A stretch of 64,000 nucleotides of DNA from assembly GCA_964106915.2 (NCBI GenBank), contig OZ066915.1. One strand, 5' to 3'. Positions within the stretch are counted from its first letter, which is position 1, and each line of letters begins with the position of its first letter. The position numbers and the translations under genes were made by a program. Positions 27,240 through 39,867 of this stretch are shown piece by piece. Source of the DNA: Podarcis gaigeae. Taxonomy: Eukaryota. The notes under the pieces were generated by a model. It did not search any database. It was not told the origin of the DNA and worked only from the letters and a program-made list of their open reading frames with translations.

Positions 27240-27332
27240 CATAATAAGCTAAATTAAGATCCTCCAGAATTCCTGTGTGAACTTCCTTTACCGCAGCTGC
27301 AGAACAGCCTCCAACTGAAATAAATCTCAAAC
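27240..27332 (-). other. Candidate 93-nt exon of an unidentified gene
   Basis: Minus strand reads gtttttgtttaaaacag|GTTTGAG...TATTATG|gtatgt; one open frame (LRFISVGGCSAAAVKEVHTGILEDLNLAYY); repeat-free flanks. Confidence 0.45.
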
Positions 27333-28777
27333 CTGTTTTAAACAAAAACTCAAGCCTTTATCGAAACACGTTTCAGTTAAGTAAGGCCCCATAGTCTTGC
27401 ACTTTTGATATACATAAAATGTAACGCCATCATACATTAATAAAAGCAATTCAGAAGAATTGCCGTGCACTACATTCTGTTTCTTCTAAATTCAAAGATT
27501 AAAGGATACAAAGTTAGCAGAAGAATAACTTCACAGGCAGAAAGAATCTATATGCAGGAATACAGGGAGGAAAAGCAGGCATTAACATCGACTGAGGATG
27601 GACATATATTTATATTTGGATTCTCTCAAAAGTTTCCCAATCTTAAATTCAGTTCTCCACATTTCTGCAGCAATATGCATTTTTTTAAAAAAAGAAAGAA
27701 AATTATTTAGCCCTTTGATGTGAATTTTTCCTAATAAACACCTTTTTGAATGCAGTTTTGACTACAGTGCACTTATTAACATATGCATTTTTGAGACAGA
27801 AATCAAATGCTCTATTAGGTTTCATCTACCTAATAGATGGCTTATAACTGTTCACAGAACTAGCCATATAGTTCTCTTTTGACAAGTACACCAGTTACCA
27901 CTGCAGAGAAATGGAACAAGTATAAATGAAATGTGCATTCAAATGAAAAAAGACTGCACCATATAGCAATGCCACTAATGAGAGACCTCACATAAAATAT
28001 GCCTCATCTTATGAGCTATGAGTGAATAATTACATAGGTACAGTTCCGTGACTTGAATGGGATTAAATCAGTGTAAAACCAATTTGTGACTTGTCTATTT
28101 AATAGTTTCCCAGCATGACCTAATAAGCAGCCTTATTTAATTCATGCAGAGAAAATAGTAGGTAATTACAGAAACCAAGTCCTTGATCGCTAAATGCAAG
28201 TTTTTGGCTTGCCAAGTCCAACTTTTATCCAAGCACCAGACCACACAGGTGAATTTGACATAATCTTCATAAAATTAAGATAAACAAAATGTATACTTGG
28301 GAGAAAGAGAGGTGGAAATCCCTAAGTATTATTTACATCAAATGCCAAGACTTTCTCACGCATATCATGATTTCTGAAAAGGCCTGCCAATTCACAAGCA
28401 CTAGGTATAATAATCCACTTAAAGTTGAATTATCACCGGACCGAGAACTTTCTCCAGAGATAAGAATGATGTTTCATAGCCAATTATAAAGACACAACAT
28501 CACTGCTTTGTAATAACTGTATTAATATGAGCAACACTGCAGATGTAAAGGCAGCATCAGAAACATTTCTTTCCACTGCCCATAGCTAGCCCTCGCTCAA
28601 AATGGAGAAGGAAATTGGTGGAGGTGACTCTAGAGAGCAGACTTGTGCTTTAGTAATGAACTAGAATCATATCTCTTCACATTAGCTATGGAAAAGAGTA
28701 TACTGAAGTCCAAGAAGTCTAGAATAAATTCCATATCCCGATTTTGCAGGCAGCTTTAAGTCCCTTTAAGCAACATA

Positions 28778-29143
28778 AAGGTAAAGGTAAAGGTACCCCT
28801 GACTTTTAAGTCCAGTCACGAACGACTCTGGGGTTGCAGTGCTCATCTCGTTTTACTGGCCGAGGGAGCCGACGTTTGTCCGCAGTTTTTCCGTGTCATG
28901 TGGCCAGCATGACTAAGCCGCTTCTGGCGAACCAGAGCAGCGCACGGAAACGCTGTTTACCTTCCTGCTGGAACGGTACCTATTTATCTTTTTGCACTTT
29001 GACGTGCTTTCGAACTGCTAGATGGGCCGGAGCTGGGACCGAGCAACTGGAGCTCACCCTGTCCCAGGGATTTAAACCACCGACCTTCCAATCGGCAAGC
29101 CCAAGAGGCTCAGTGGTTTAGACCACAGCACCGCCTGCATCCC
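28778..29143 (-). mobile_element. Full-length Sauria SINE
   Basis: (AAAGGT)n on the + strand equals the (ACCTTT)n tail; characteristic body; perfect 12-bp TSD TTAAGCAACATA (28766-28777 and 29144-29155). Confidence 0.92.
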
Positions 29144-30169
29144 TTAAGCAACATACCGAACCCAAATTCTAATGCTCCACCACTGGAGAACCTGGCGCCA
29201 GGAGCATCCTAGGCCCCATTCTGCCACACCCAACACAGGAAACTTCATTGGCATAGCTGCCCTGGTGAGATGCCCTCTATACCATCTGCTTTCTAGGTAG
29301 CCACAGGTGGAGTGGGATCCCCAACAACATTCTCCATGGGCCTTTAAAGGACCAGGATGCCATGGCTAAATAAAAGTGAGCTTCTGGGCATTAACTGTGC
29401 AGTCTCATGCATGCCTACTAAGAAATATGCCTCAGTGAGTTCAACAGGCCTTACTCCCAGGAAAATGCGGATATAATTACTGCCTAAGCCATGTAAGCAT
29501 CTTTAAAACAATTACAGACATTTAAAGGTAAGCCCATAATACCATGTCAAATAATTGTTCTAGAACAACCACAAGAAAACACTATTTCATACTTGCAAAA
29601 ATCCTGATAACAGGAAAGGCAAAAGGAAAGATGTAATTTTGTGACGATACTACAGCAGGTTGTTTAAGTGGGGAATGAAATATTTGATCAAAGCTTGGAC
29701 CATTTTCACCAGTTTTTTTTTCCACAGAGACATGTTCATAGCCACCATAAATATCAAAAGTGCTATTAATCAAGAACTGTAGCCTGCAAAAAGACAGTGG
29801 CAGATCCCTGTAGAAGTGTGTAGATGCAGATGTCCTTTCCAAGAATGGGGGTAGGGAAAACAGGATATGTCTCTGATGGTCTGCATGGAACCTACAATCC
29901 ACCATGCATAGAGGGCTTTCTCAGTAATCAAGAACCCTCATGTCCCAACATTTTTAGTCACACACAGAGAGCCCTACACATGTTCATCTGTGTGCTCTCA
30001 TCTCATCATGCAGAGGCTGGTAGTTGGGGAACTGTGATGGCCTGGTTCACTTGTCACATCACAGTTAAACATAAACTATTGTTTAAAGTGATCTGAAATG
30101 TTCTCACTTCACTCCTACCCTGATGTCACCGCACAACCAGGAAACAAGCCAGGGCTTGGCTTTGTCATG

Positions 30170-30323
30170 TTGTTTGTTTGCTTGCTTGCTTCATAAAAAC
30201 TTCAAAGCAGTTTACAAAAAGATAACACCATAAAATCAGGACAAATTGACATTAAAACATATAATAAGTTAAAACACCAAATCATATTTAAATTCCCATC
30301 AGCTTTTTTCTAAGCATCTGGGT
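30170..30323 (-). mobile_element. L2 3' remnant, left part (continues at 31854-31980)
   Basis: TCAAAGCAGTTTACAAAA tail-proximal motif; the continuation after the BovB block resembles the L2 at 18780-18900. Confidence 0.55.
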
Positions 30324-30802
30324 TGTAGTTGTTGTTGTTGTTGTTTAGTCGTTTAGTCGTGTCCGACTCTTCGTGACCCCATGGACCAGAGCACGCCAGG
30401 CACCCCTGTCTTCCACTGCCTCCCGCAGCTTGGTCAGACTCATGTTCATAGCTTCGAGAACACTGTCCAACCATCTCATCCTCTGCCGCCCACTTCTCCT
30501 TGTGCCCTCCATCTTTCCCAACATCAGGGTCTTTTCCAGGGAGTCTTCTCTTCTCATGAGGTGGCCAAAGTATTGGCGCCTCAGCTTCACAATCTGTCCT
30601 TCCAGTGAGCACCCAGGGCTAATTTCCTTAAGAATGGATGCATTTGATCTTCTTGCAGTCCATGGGACTCTCAAGAGTCTCCTCCAGCACCATAATTCAA
30701 AAGCATCAATTCTTCGGCAATCAGCCTTCTTTATGGTCCAGCTCTCACTTCCATACATCACTAATGGGAAATCCATAGCTTTAACTATGCGGACCTTTGT
30801 TG
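30324..30802 (-). mobile_element. BovB (RTE) LINE 3' end
   Basis: Open frame KVRIVKAM..YGSESWTIKKADCRRIDAFELWCWRRLLRVPWTARRSN...VHGVTKSRTRLND*; (CAA)n tail. Confidence 0.95.
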
Positions 30803-31067
30803 TCTTTGACAAAGACAACAGACAAAAACAACAATATCTTAACATGGCCTAATTTTTGCAATTCTAATACCTTTACAATGAAAAATCTAGATATATCAGC
30901 ACATTATAACATTTGAGATTGCATAGTTCTAAACATAACATGGTTGTCCTGAATTACAAAAGATAAAAAAGAGGGGGGAGTGATCCAATGTATCTTCAGC
31001 TAATCAATTACTATGAGCTTTCATTTGGATGAATACTCTTATCTATATATTTAAAAATGAAATGGTA

Positions 31068-31330
31068 AGAAGCATAATAAACAAGCTATTAGAAGAGGAG
31101 CCCTGCTGGATCAGGCCAGTGGCCCAGCTCACCCAGTATCCTCTTCTCACAGTGGCCAACCATATGCCTATGGGAAGTCTGCAAGCAGGATCTGACAACA
31201 GCAGCACTCTCTTCTCCTGCAGTTCCCAGCATGGTGTTCGGAAACATAGCTCACCCGACTGCAGAGGTAGAACATATCCACCAGGATTAGTAGCTATTGA
31301 TAGCCTTAGTCACCATTGATTTGTCCATCT
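31068..31330 (-). mobile_element. Old CR1 3' end inside the BovB composite
   Basis: GAGCCCTGCTGGATCAGGCCAGTGGCCCA...TCTCACAGTGGCCAACCA, the reverse of the CR1 at 25370-25552. Confidence 0.8.
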
Positions 31331-31851
31331 TCTTTGGCGATCAGCCTTCTTTATGGTCCAGCTCTCACTTCCATACATTACTACTGGGAAAACCATGGCT
31401 TTAACTATACGGACCTTTGTTGGCAAGGTGACGTCTCTGCTTTTTAATATGCTGTCTAGGTTTGCCATCGCCTTTCTCTCAAGGAACAGGCGTCTTTTAA
31501 TTTTGTGACTGCTGTCACCATCAGCATTGATCATGGAGCCCAAGAAAGTAAAATCTCTCACTGCCTCCAATTCTTCCCCTTGTATTTGCCAGGAGGTGAT
31601 GAGACCAGTGGCCATGATCTTCGTTTTTTTGATGTTGAGCTTCAGACCATATTTTGCGCTCTCCTCTTTCACCCTCATTAAAAGGTTCTTTAATTCCTCC
31701 TCACTTTCCACCATCAAGGTTGTGTCATCTGCATATCTGAGGTTGTTGATATTTCTTCCGGCGATCTTAATTCCAGCTTGGGATTCATCCAGCCCAGCCT
31801 TTCGCATGATGAATTCTGCATATAAGTTAAATAAGCCAGGAGACAATATAC
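31331..31851 (-). mobile_element. BovB LINE reverse transcriptase fragment
   Basis: Open frame ILSPGLFNLYAEFIMRKAGL...INNLRYADDTTL (YADD catalytic motif)...DFTFLGSMI. Confidence 0.95.
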
Positions 31852-32196
31852 CCAGCATCTGAGTAGGCTGGACTAAACAAGGAAGTCTTTAGCAAGTGGT
31901 GAAGGCGCCTGTTTGATATCAGTAAGCAGGGAGTTCCAAAGAATAAGTGCTGCCACACCAAACAACTAGGTTCTTACAAATGACGTTTGAACCCATGGTC
32001 ATGATGTCTTTGCAACTTTATTACTGGCTTACAGCTTGTGGTTTGGGGTAACAACCCATCAGCCCAGGTTGAGACATCATGAAAAGTGAAACTCGTGCGT
32101 TGTTTGCCAGGAGCATGGTTGCAGGAACACAGGGGAAGAGCAGAGCAAGAACTTTACAGAGGTGTGCATTGGCACACAGCATGCTCAAATGAAACC

Positions 32197-32198
<2 letters not shown>

Positions 32199-32238
<40 letters not shown>
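32199..32238. repeat. (TA)n microsatellite
   Basis: Direct reading. Confidence 0.95.
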
Positions 32239-32239
<1 letters not shown>

Positions 32240-34052
32240 TGTATATACATATATTGGTGGGCGAGTGGCAGGAATCCTGAACACCAGCACTCCACACTAC
32301 AACATACTGTTGCACATCCCACTCACAGAAGACACAACCTGGTGCCATCCAGATGTTTTTGACTACAGCACTCTTCAGCCCAGCAAGAATGACCAAGTTT
32401 CAGGGATGCTGAGAGTTGTAGAAGTGCAAATTGTCATCAGTTGTGAGTTTTCTTTACATACAAATTTTGAGCTGGTTATTGATATAGAAATCATCTTGGG
32501 GGCTGGGTCATGTCAATATAAACAAAGGTTTGGTAGAAAATGGAGCACAAATATTCAACGGAATTGCACACAGCAGAGGAAGGGCGAATTAGTGTTCATA
32601 AAATGATAGGATGGAATCCTTCCATCCTTTCAGTCCCTCCACATGCAAGTGGAATGTTTGTCTAGAAACAAGATGCAGGTTTTGCTATAGCAGCTTAAAT
32701 TAAATCTAAGCTTTTAAATGTAAGGAGTAAATTGCCAGTATGGGGATTTAGGAATAAATCTCAGCATACCACACTACAGATTTATTCTTAAGCATTGGGA
32801 AAAGTAAAAAGAAAAGGAGCATTATAATGGAACATTATTTGGGTCTTCAAGATAATTCAGAGCATGCATCTAAATATATAGAATATTCAAATTACATGTG
32901 CTAAACAGTAATTTTTATAGTCCATAAACTATTAATGTATTCTTTCTCCACCTGCCATATATTCCACACACAGAATGGAGCTTTCAACTGGCTTGGAAGA
33001 ACCCCAAGTTATGTGGAAATTCAAAAAATATTTAGAGTCTCCCTCAGCACCCTAGTGCTACCAAAGCCAAAGGCTGCAGAATAAGGTGAGGGCCATTTAA
33101 CAGCCAGCCAGCTGAGGAAGGAGGGCTTACACATATAAGCCTTCAAATGGAACTAGGCTCTTATGAAGGATCCTGGGAGCTCTCCAAGGTCCTGTAGGTG
33201 CCTTGGCCTCCTGACACAACACTGTACACCTGGGCTCTCACTGAGCTGGACATGGGCTGGGAAAGGGGTCACTGGATCTAGTCAAACACCTTCCTTCCTA
33301 CTTACACTTAAATGTACACTCAAGCCTACCTCTTAGATGCACTTGTGTGAGGTTCCTGGCACAGTTTAAACACTCACACCTCTGCTGCACTTGCATGTCC
33401 AGCACTTCAAAATGCAGCAGTACAAAATATAAACATAATCCAAACAGATACATGGGGAAGTACGCACAAAGTTCATCAATTCATTAATCATATGAAGAGG
33501 AATCCATGTGATCAAAGGCCAGCAGGTCTGAACTGTTAGCTCCACACACACCCCGCCCCAGATTCTGGAGCTTCCTTGCCTGATTCCCCAATATCCATGC
33601 ATTTGGCATTGATATTTGCAGCTTACAAGCATGTTGGGGGTTCCAGAACATGTAAAGGCCTATGTGTGTAACTCTCCTCACTGCAGATGTCCACCCATAA
33701 CATGTAGAAAGTAGAGGTGAAACAAAGAAGCCATGTGACCTTACAGGTGAGGCCAGCGGAACTAACTTGATGGCCCTTGATTGGGTGGAACTACCATCTT
33801 GTGATGGATGCATAAAAGTTCTTATCCAATTGACTAAAAACCAGGTATACAATAAGTATAGCTTTCTGAATAGAATGTTGCTGTTGATACCCAAAAGGCT
33901 AAAGCAGCAGTACCATTAACTGAACCAAATGTTACTGTGAAGCATATGCAGTTGTTTCAACTATTTCTGTGAAGCCACAAAGCTTGTACCAACTGATGCC
34001 AACTCATAAATAGCAACATCTCACCTACTCCAGCTAAGCCATTTTTGATGTA

Positions 34053-34216
34053 CTGTATTTTTCTGTGTGTATGACTAGGTTTCCCCCCTAAAAATAATGT
34101 CAAAAATTAGAGGGCGTCATATACACGGGGCCATCCCCCCCATTTTCTTAAATCTGAGTCCCCCAAAATAGGGGGCATCTTATACATGGGAGCATCTTAT
34201 AGACAGAAAAATACGG
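34053..34216. mobile_element. Tc1/mariner (pogo-type) MITE
   Basis: TIRs CTGTATTTTTCTGT / ACAGAAAAATACGG with TA TSD. Confidence 0.8.
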
Positions 34217-37200
34217 TACATACTTGTTACCGCATTAGTTCTGGAGAATAAAACACCATTTATGATTCAACCAGTGGAAAACTGACAATTTGTTTTATAT
34301 TATAGTATTTGTAGTGTAACCTTGATTAGACCAATTTCTGACAGGATGTTTTCCCTGTTAGACAATTGTCAAGTTAATTACAAAGCCTTGTTGGATAGAA
34401 AAGGCTAAATGGACTGAAGAGAGGTCATGAGTGAAACAGACTGCAACTCCCTGCTAGTCAAAGTATCTTGTGTGTTTACTAAGCTGAAAGATCTATAATT
34501 AGTTAGTTGAGTTGAGCTGATTTATATGTCACTTCACACAAGCAAAAGGAGTTCCAACGCGATTTACAAAGCAAGTATGAGAATGCTCCACAGAAAGTGC
34601 TCTTACTCTTTGTTAAAGTAAATGACTCATGAATTAGCATTGCAGCAGATTTAAGAACTCCCCAAAGATAAAGTTATACAGTAGGGAAACAATGAGAGTG
34701 AAGGTCATATACATCGATCCCTTCCAAAATCAAAAGGTAAGGCAAGCCACATTTCCAGTCAGAAGTGTTATTAATTTTATTTGTTGAAATAAGGCGGGAA
34801 AAGACAAGAATCCATGAAAAATCAAGCCAATGTTAGAATTTAGCCTTAGGATTTGGCGCAGATTTCTCTGGCCTGGCTTCATTTTCCAAAGTTTATGCAG
34901 TCAGGTAATCATCTGTTTAAATTCCCCCTCAGAGCGACAAGCCATCAGTAAGTTCACCAACAGCCACCAGTTTTCATTTGCCTTGTGGTTAATTGAGAAT
35001 ATACATTAAAGAAGGTAAAGGTTGTTGTTTTTAAAAAAAGGTTCTGAGTAATCATTTTCATATATGTGAGTGTATGTAAGTATGCAATTTTCCACTGTTT
35101 TCCAAAGTGTCTGGTAATGAGCAAACAAACTTTTTCTAAAAAGCAAAGCTATTCCCATCTCTTCTCTCCCCCATCCACTTTCCCCTCGCTTTCTCGCTTA
35201 AATTACCTAATTATTCCCTAGCCCAAGAAGCAGCCTCCTAATTAAGAAATACATCAATTGGCTTGAAAGGACACTATCAAGCAATTGTCATTGCCTATTC
35301 ATTTTTGCTCGGCTGTTTCAGCTTCACTTGAAATTTGCATATTCACATCCATTTCCAGAGACATTCATTTATTTCTAATGCCAATGGATTCCACAGTGGC
35401 TACACAGCTATTTCTCACCTAAAACTTATCCCCCTTTTTTGGTGTTCAAGATCCTTTTCACATAGTCTTCCAGGTACAGTAAATGCTTGTGGGAGGAGCA
35501 GGATTGAAAACTGCAGTCCCTGATCATGTGGACTTAACCTGCACATAACTTGTAGGTTCTGAACCTGCAAATGAGCAGCACACACAGGTCAGAGGTGGAG
35601 ACAGTGGGTGCAGTGGTGCTCCCACCCACGTGTCCATTGCACATGCTAGGGAACCCGCATGAGAAAGGCCATGCAAACCAATACAATGATATTATAGCTT
35701 CCAACTTTGGGAAATGAACATTTGCACATTTGTGGGGTCTACCAGTTGGCAAGTCCCACAACAGAATATCTTGACCCTTGGCTTCAAAACCAAAAGAGTT
35801 GGTTTCTCTGCCATTAGGAAACATGTGGCTTTTTATATTAGGTACCACCCATTGGTCCCTCTTGGTATATGATTCAAATCTAAACTTCAGAACGTCAAGC
35901 TCAAACACATGCTAGAGAATTATGAACAGAACAAGGACGCTTGCACTCATTTGCCTTTGCCTGGACCTCTGCACTCCTCCCAAGTTTCCTCTGCTGGTTC
36001 CACCTTGTTGGTACAAGTGACCTGGCTGTGCTGGGTTAACCCAGTAGTTCTCCCCATCCACTGTTTGTCAGTGGCATGGGAAAATGCTAAGCCTTCATGT
36101 GCTGCCTCAGCTTGGTATTTGAAGCTGGATATAAACTGATAGATTTTTTAAAGAAGAAAATGGAAAGGCAATGCAGAAGCAAAATATAAAGGCAGCCAAC
36201 ACACAAGAAAAATATCCCCGTTGCTGGCACAGTGTCTGCAACCAAGAGTCCCACTAATCTTTACATCTTGATAGGCTTCAAAGGGGACTACGGTGGTATC
36301 AGGTTTTTCTTCAGGGTCAGAACCACAGTTCTGGGCCAGGACTCTGAATCAGAATTAGGGACATATTACTAAGGTACAACATATGGTTTGATCAGTGGTG
36401 TAGAGCAAAGGCAGGTGCCGAGTACTAAGCCAGAAAATTGGAGCTGGATAGAAGGTCCAAGGCAACAAGGCAGTGAGGAGAAGTATCTGATGGCAGATTG
36501 AACCAGGCATTTGAGTACTGAGGAATCAAGAAAGATTTAGCAGGGAACAAGTAGAGTTGTTTCGTATCAAGTCCTCACAACAGGTTTATCAGACTGGAGA
36601 GCTGATGAGTTCTAGGAAGACAATGAACCCTTTAGGGTTTTCTTGATTTAATACCTCTAGATAGTGGCTGAGCTAAAATATTCCCTGTTCCTTTCTCTAC
36701 ACAGCAGCACAATAAGCCTGTTGTCGAGGGATGAGGATCTGGCAAAACTTGACCTCTCTCTTTCTCTAAAAATGTTATTTCATCTCTATATTTAAACAGA
36801 TTAAAGGTCCCACAATGAGTGGTTTGTAACTGTAACTACGAATAACAAAATATACAAAACCAATAATGGAGAAAGTTCTTCTACCAGTAGCATAATGCTG
36901 TGTTTTGTGAAGATGCATGGTCTAGCTGTCAATAAGTGTTCCATCTTAATTTTATATGCACTGATGCTGCAATTCTCAAGGGAAATTGTCATTTTACTGT
37001 GTCAGATTCTGAGTTGCAGCTTGCCTTGTATCTGTTGTGAACAAGTTGTCTCAGTATTTTTCTACAAACACAGATCACCATTGAGTTCACATTGAACTTG
37101 GTGGAGGAATAATTGCTCAGAGAACCAATTCACCATGAATTCAACCACAGACATGCACAGACAGCAACACAAATTCTGACACCGCAAATGACCATACATA

Positions 37201-37536
37201 TCAGCCCTTGTGAGCTTCCACTAAGGGCTGCCTGCTTTTTTATCCTTACAGGTTCATGATCCTGTATCTGGATGTGTTTCACAACAGTGGTTGCACCTGT
37301 GATAGTTGTTAGTCACCCAAACATTCGTGAAGAAGAGGACAAAGGAATGCACAGCCGTTTCTGCTTTATATGGCATATATCCTTTCATAAAACTGTGATA
37401 CTATACACATGATAATGAATATAGAAATCAGCCCTATGAAAGCCAGGAGAATCAGACCAAAATCCTGAAATGAGCTTTGGTTGCCAGTTACTTTGAAAAT
37501 AAAATGCTAGCACAGCTGCACCATCAAGCTCTAGGC

Positions 37537-37672
37537 CAGTGATGGCCAAACTTGATCCTCCAGCTGTTTTGGGACTACAACTCCCATCATCCCTAGCTAA
37601 TAGGGCCAGTGGTCAGGGATGATGGGAACTGTAGTACCAAAACAGCTGGAGGGCCAAGTTTGGCCATCACTA
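37537..37672. mobile_element. Palindromic 136-bp hAT MITE
   Basis: TIRs CAGTGATGGCCAAACTT / AAGTTTGGCCATCACTA; TSD CTCTAGGC. Confidence 0.9.
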
Positions 37673-37680
37673 CTCTAGGC

Positions 37681-38012
37681 CAGGGGTCTGCAACCCGCGG
37701 CTCCGGAGCCGCATGTGGCTCTTTTACACCTTTGCCGCGGCTCCGGGGCGGATACTAGCGAGGGGAGGAGGCGCATTCTGCGCCCCGACACTCCCCACTG
37801 TGGCGGGCGCTGTACTGGCTGTGACGTCGCATGGGGGCGGTGCATGCATTAGTCACGCACCGTCCCAACATCACCTTCCTGCCCGCTGTCAGATCGCGGC
37901 TCCGGAGGTATATTTGTTTTAAATATCGCAATGGTTTTGCGGCTCCCAGTTATTTTTCCCTTTGGAAACGGGTCCAAGTGGCTCTTTTTGTCTTAAAGGT
38001 TGCAGACCCCTG
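37681..38012. mobile_element. Young, CpG-rich hAT-Charlie-like MITE
   Basis: Perfect 15-bp TIR CAGGGGTCTGCAACC; TSD CTCTAGGC. Confidence 0.92.
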
Positions 38013-39331
38013 CTCTAGGCAATGGGAAGGACAGATTCTGAGCCTAAGGCTACAATCCATACTTACTAGGGAGCAAGCTCCTTGAGCTCAATGGGGCTTA
38101 TTTATAAATAAGCAAGCTTAAGTTTTCAACGCTGTAAGTGTTCTTTCTCACTTGGCTACTTAAAAGTCCTGCTTCCACCTCGTTTCAAGCTGTTACTGAG
38201 CAGCCCCCTGGGATGATTAATAAATAAAGTATACTTTGTCCATTTCATCAGGATCAAAGCGGGTGGATACCTCCTCCCACATACAGCCAATCCAGGTTTG
38301 CCCCCTTTCTCCCTCTTGTCTTTTCATAGACACATGGCCATATGTCCCAAAAGAAATATCTGCATTTTATTCAAGCTCTTTTGCCAACAGAATATTCCAA
38401 AAGGCATGCGTTCATTTTCCTGAGGGGTCCCCGGGGGGGGGGGGGGGGAGACAGACAGCATGAAATATCATGACCAAAATACATAAAGAGCAGTTCTTAT
38501 CATCAAGGTAGAACAGGAAGGCAAAGGAAGAAGGTGATGCAAAAAAGTTTTGTCTGGCTATGGAGATTTAAGCAGTGGCTGGGATGTAATAAATTCAATA
38601 GGCTGAACGGTTTCAGTTCACAGATGTTTGGGGGATAACTGAGAAGTTAATTCCACTGAACGAAGCCAGCATAAATAAATGCATGTTGCCAATTCCCCCC
38701 TCCCCCTCTTTCATTCTTGACTATATAGAGGCTAACTATCAAAGAAACTAAGCACAATGGCACAGGAGGTTTGTATTAGGAGAGGAGATACGATAGCTAT
38801 TTCCACCTGGGAATACACAGAAACCAGAAAACAACCAGAGACTCTAAAATCTAGAACACCACCATGCCAAGCTTCCTGTGAGGAATTAACTAAGCACCCC
38901 CTCCCATCCTTTCAAATTGGTTTTCTGATCCCTTGTTCTACCTTGACTTCATAAGAACATTACCACCCAGGCAGATTTAAATTGGCCCAGCTGAGGTTTT
39001 AAAACTCAGCCCTCCATATCATGAAATAAGGAAGTAGCAATTTAAATGTTTTGACACATGCAAAAGGAAAATTGTGGTTGTATGTGTGTTTCCTTTGCTA
39101 GAAAAGCAGAGTTTTCTATCAAATAATAAGACAAACTCAAGCTATGTTAAATATGTTGGAAGATGGCAGGGAAAATTTGGACAGTTACATATAGGTGGGA
39201 ATTGAAGGTTCAGCAGCCACTGGGAGAAATCTGATCTGTGTTTAAAAAATAAGCTAAAATAGCCAGCAGAGGAGGAGGGGCCAAGCATGAGAGTAAAGGA
39301 CAGGACCATGGTATGGGGCCATGAGGAATTA

Positions 39332-39701
39332 CCGTATTTTTCGCTCTATAACACGCACCAGACCATAACACGCACGTAGTTTTTAGAGGAGGAAAACAAG
39401 AAAAAAAATATTCTAAATGAAATAGTGGATATATGCTTTTTGTGGTTCATGCTGTGGCCACAGACATGTGATCTGACAGTGAGTTTGAAATAGCCCAATG
39501 CAAAAATCCTGAGCATCCATGTGGATCCATGCTTTGTAACCATGGAGGAGGGAAGGAAGGGGAACCATGGATCCTCTGCTCACGACTGCAGCAGATCCCC
39601 CCCCCCCCGCCACCCGCAGGCATTCGCTCCATAACACGCACAGACATTTCCCCTTACTTTCTAGGAGGAAAAAAGTGAGTGTTATGGTGCAAAAAATACG
39701 G
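39332..39701. mobile_element. Tc1/mariner (pogo-type) MITE
   Basis: TIRs CCGTATTTTTCGCTCTATAACACGCAC / GTGAGTGTTATGGTGCAAAAAATACGG with TA TSD. Confidence 0.88.
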
Positions 39702-39731
39702 TATCTCTTTGCCTCTGCTGTAGTCCTAATC

Positions 39732-39867
39732 CAGGCATCCCCAAACTTGGCCCTCCAGCTGTTTTGGGACTACAACTCCCATCATCCCTGACCACGGGTC
39801 CTGTTAGCTAGGGATGATGGGAGTTGTAGTCCCAAAACAGCTGGAGGGCCGAGTTTGGGGATGCCTG
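39732..39867. mobile_element. Palindromic 136-bp hAT MITE
   Basis: TIRs CAGGCATCCCCAAACT / AGTTTGGGGATGCCTG; TSD TCCTAATC / TCCTAATT. Confidence 0.9.

Noticed and set aside
30373-31862. Long plus-strand ORFs (159 and 111 aa; also 42583-43110)
   Set aside because: Antisense shadows of BovB coding sequence
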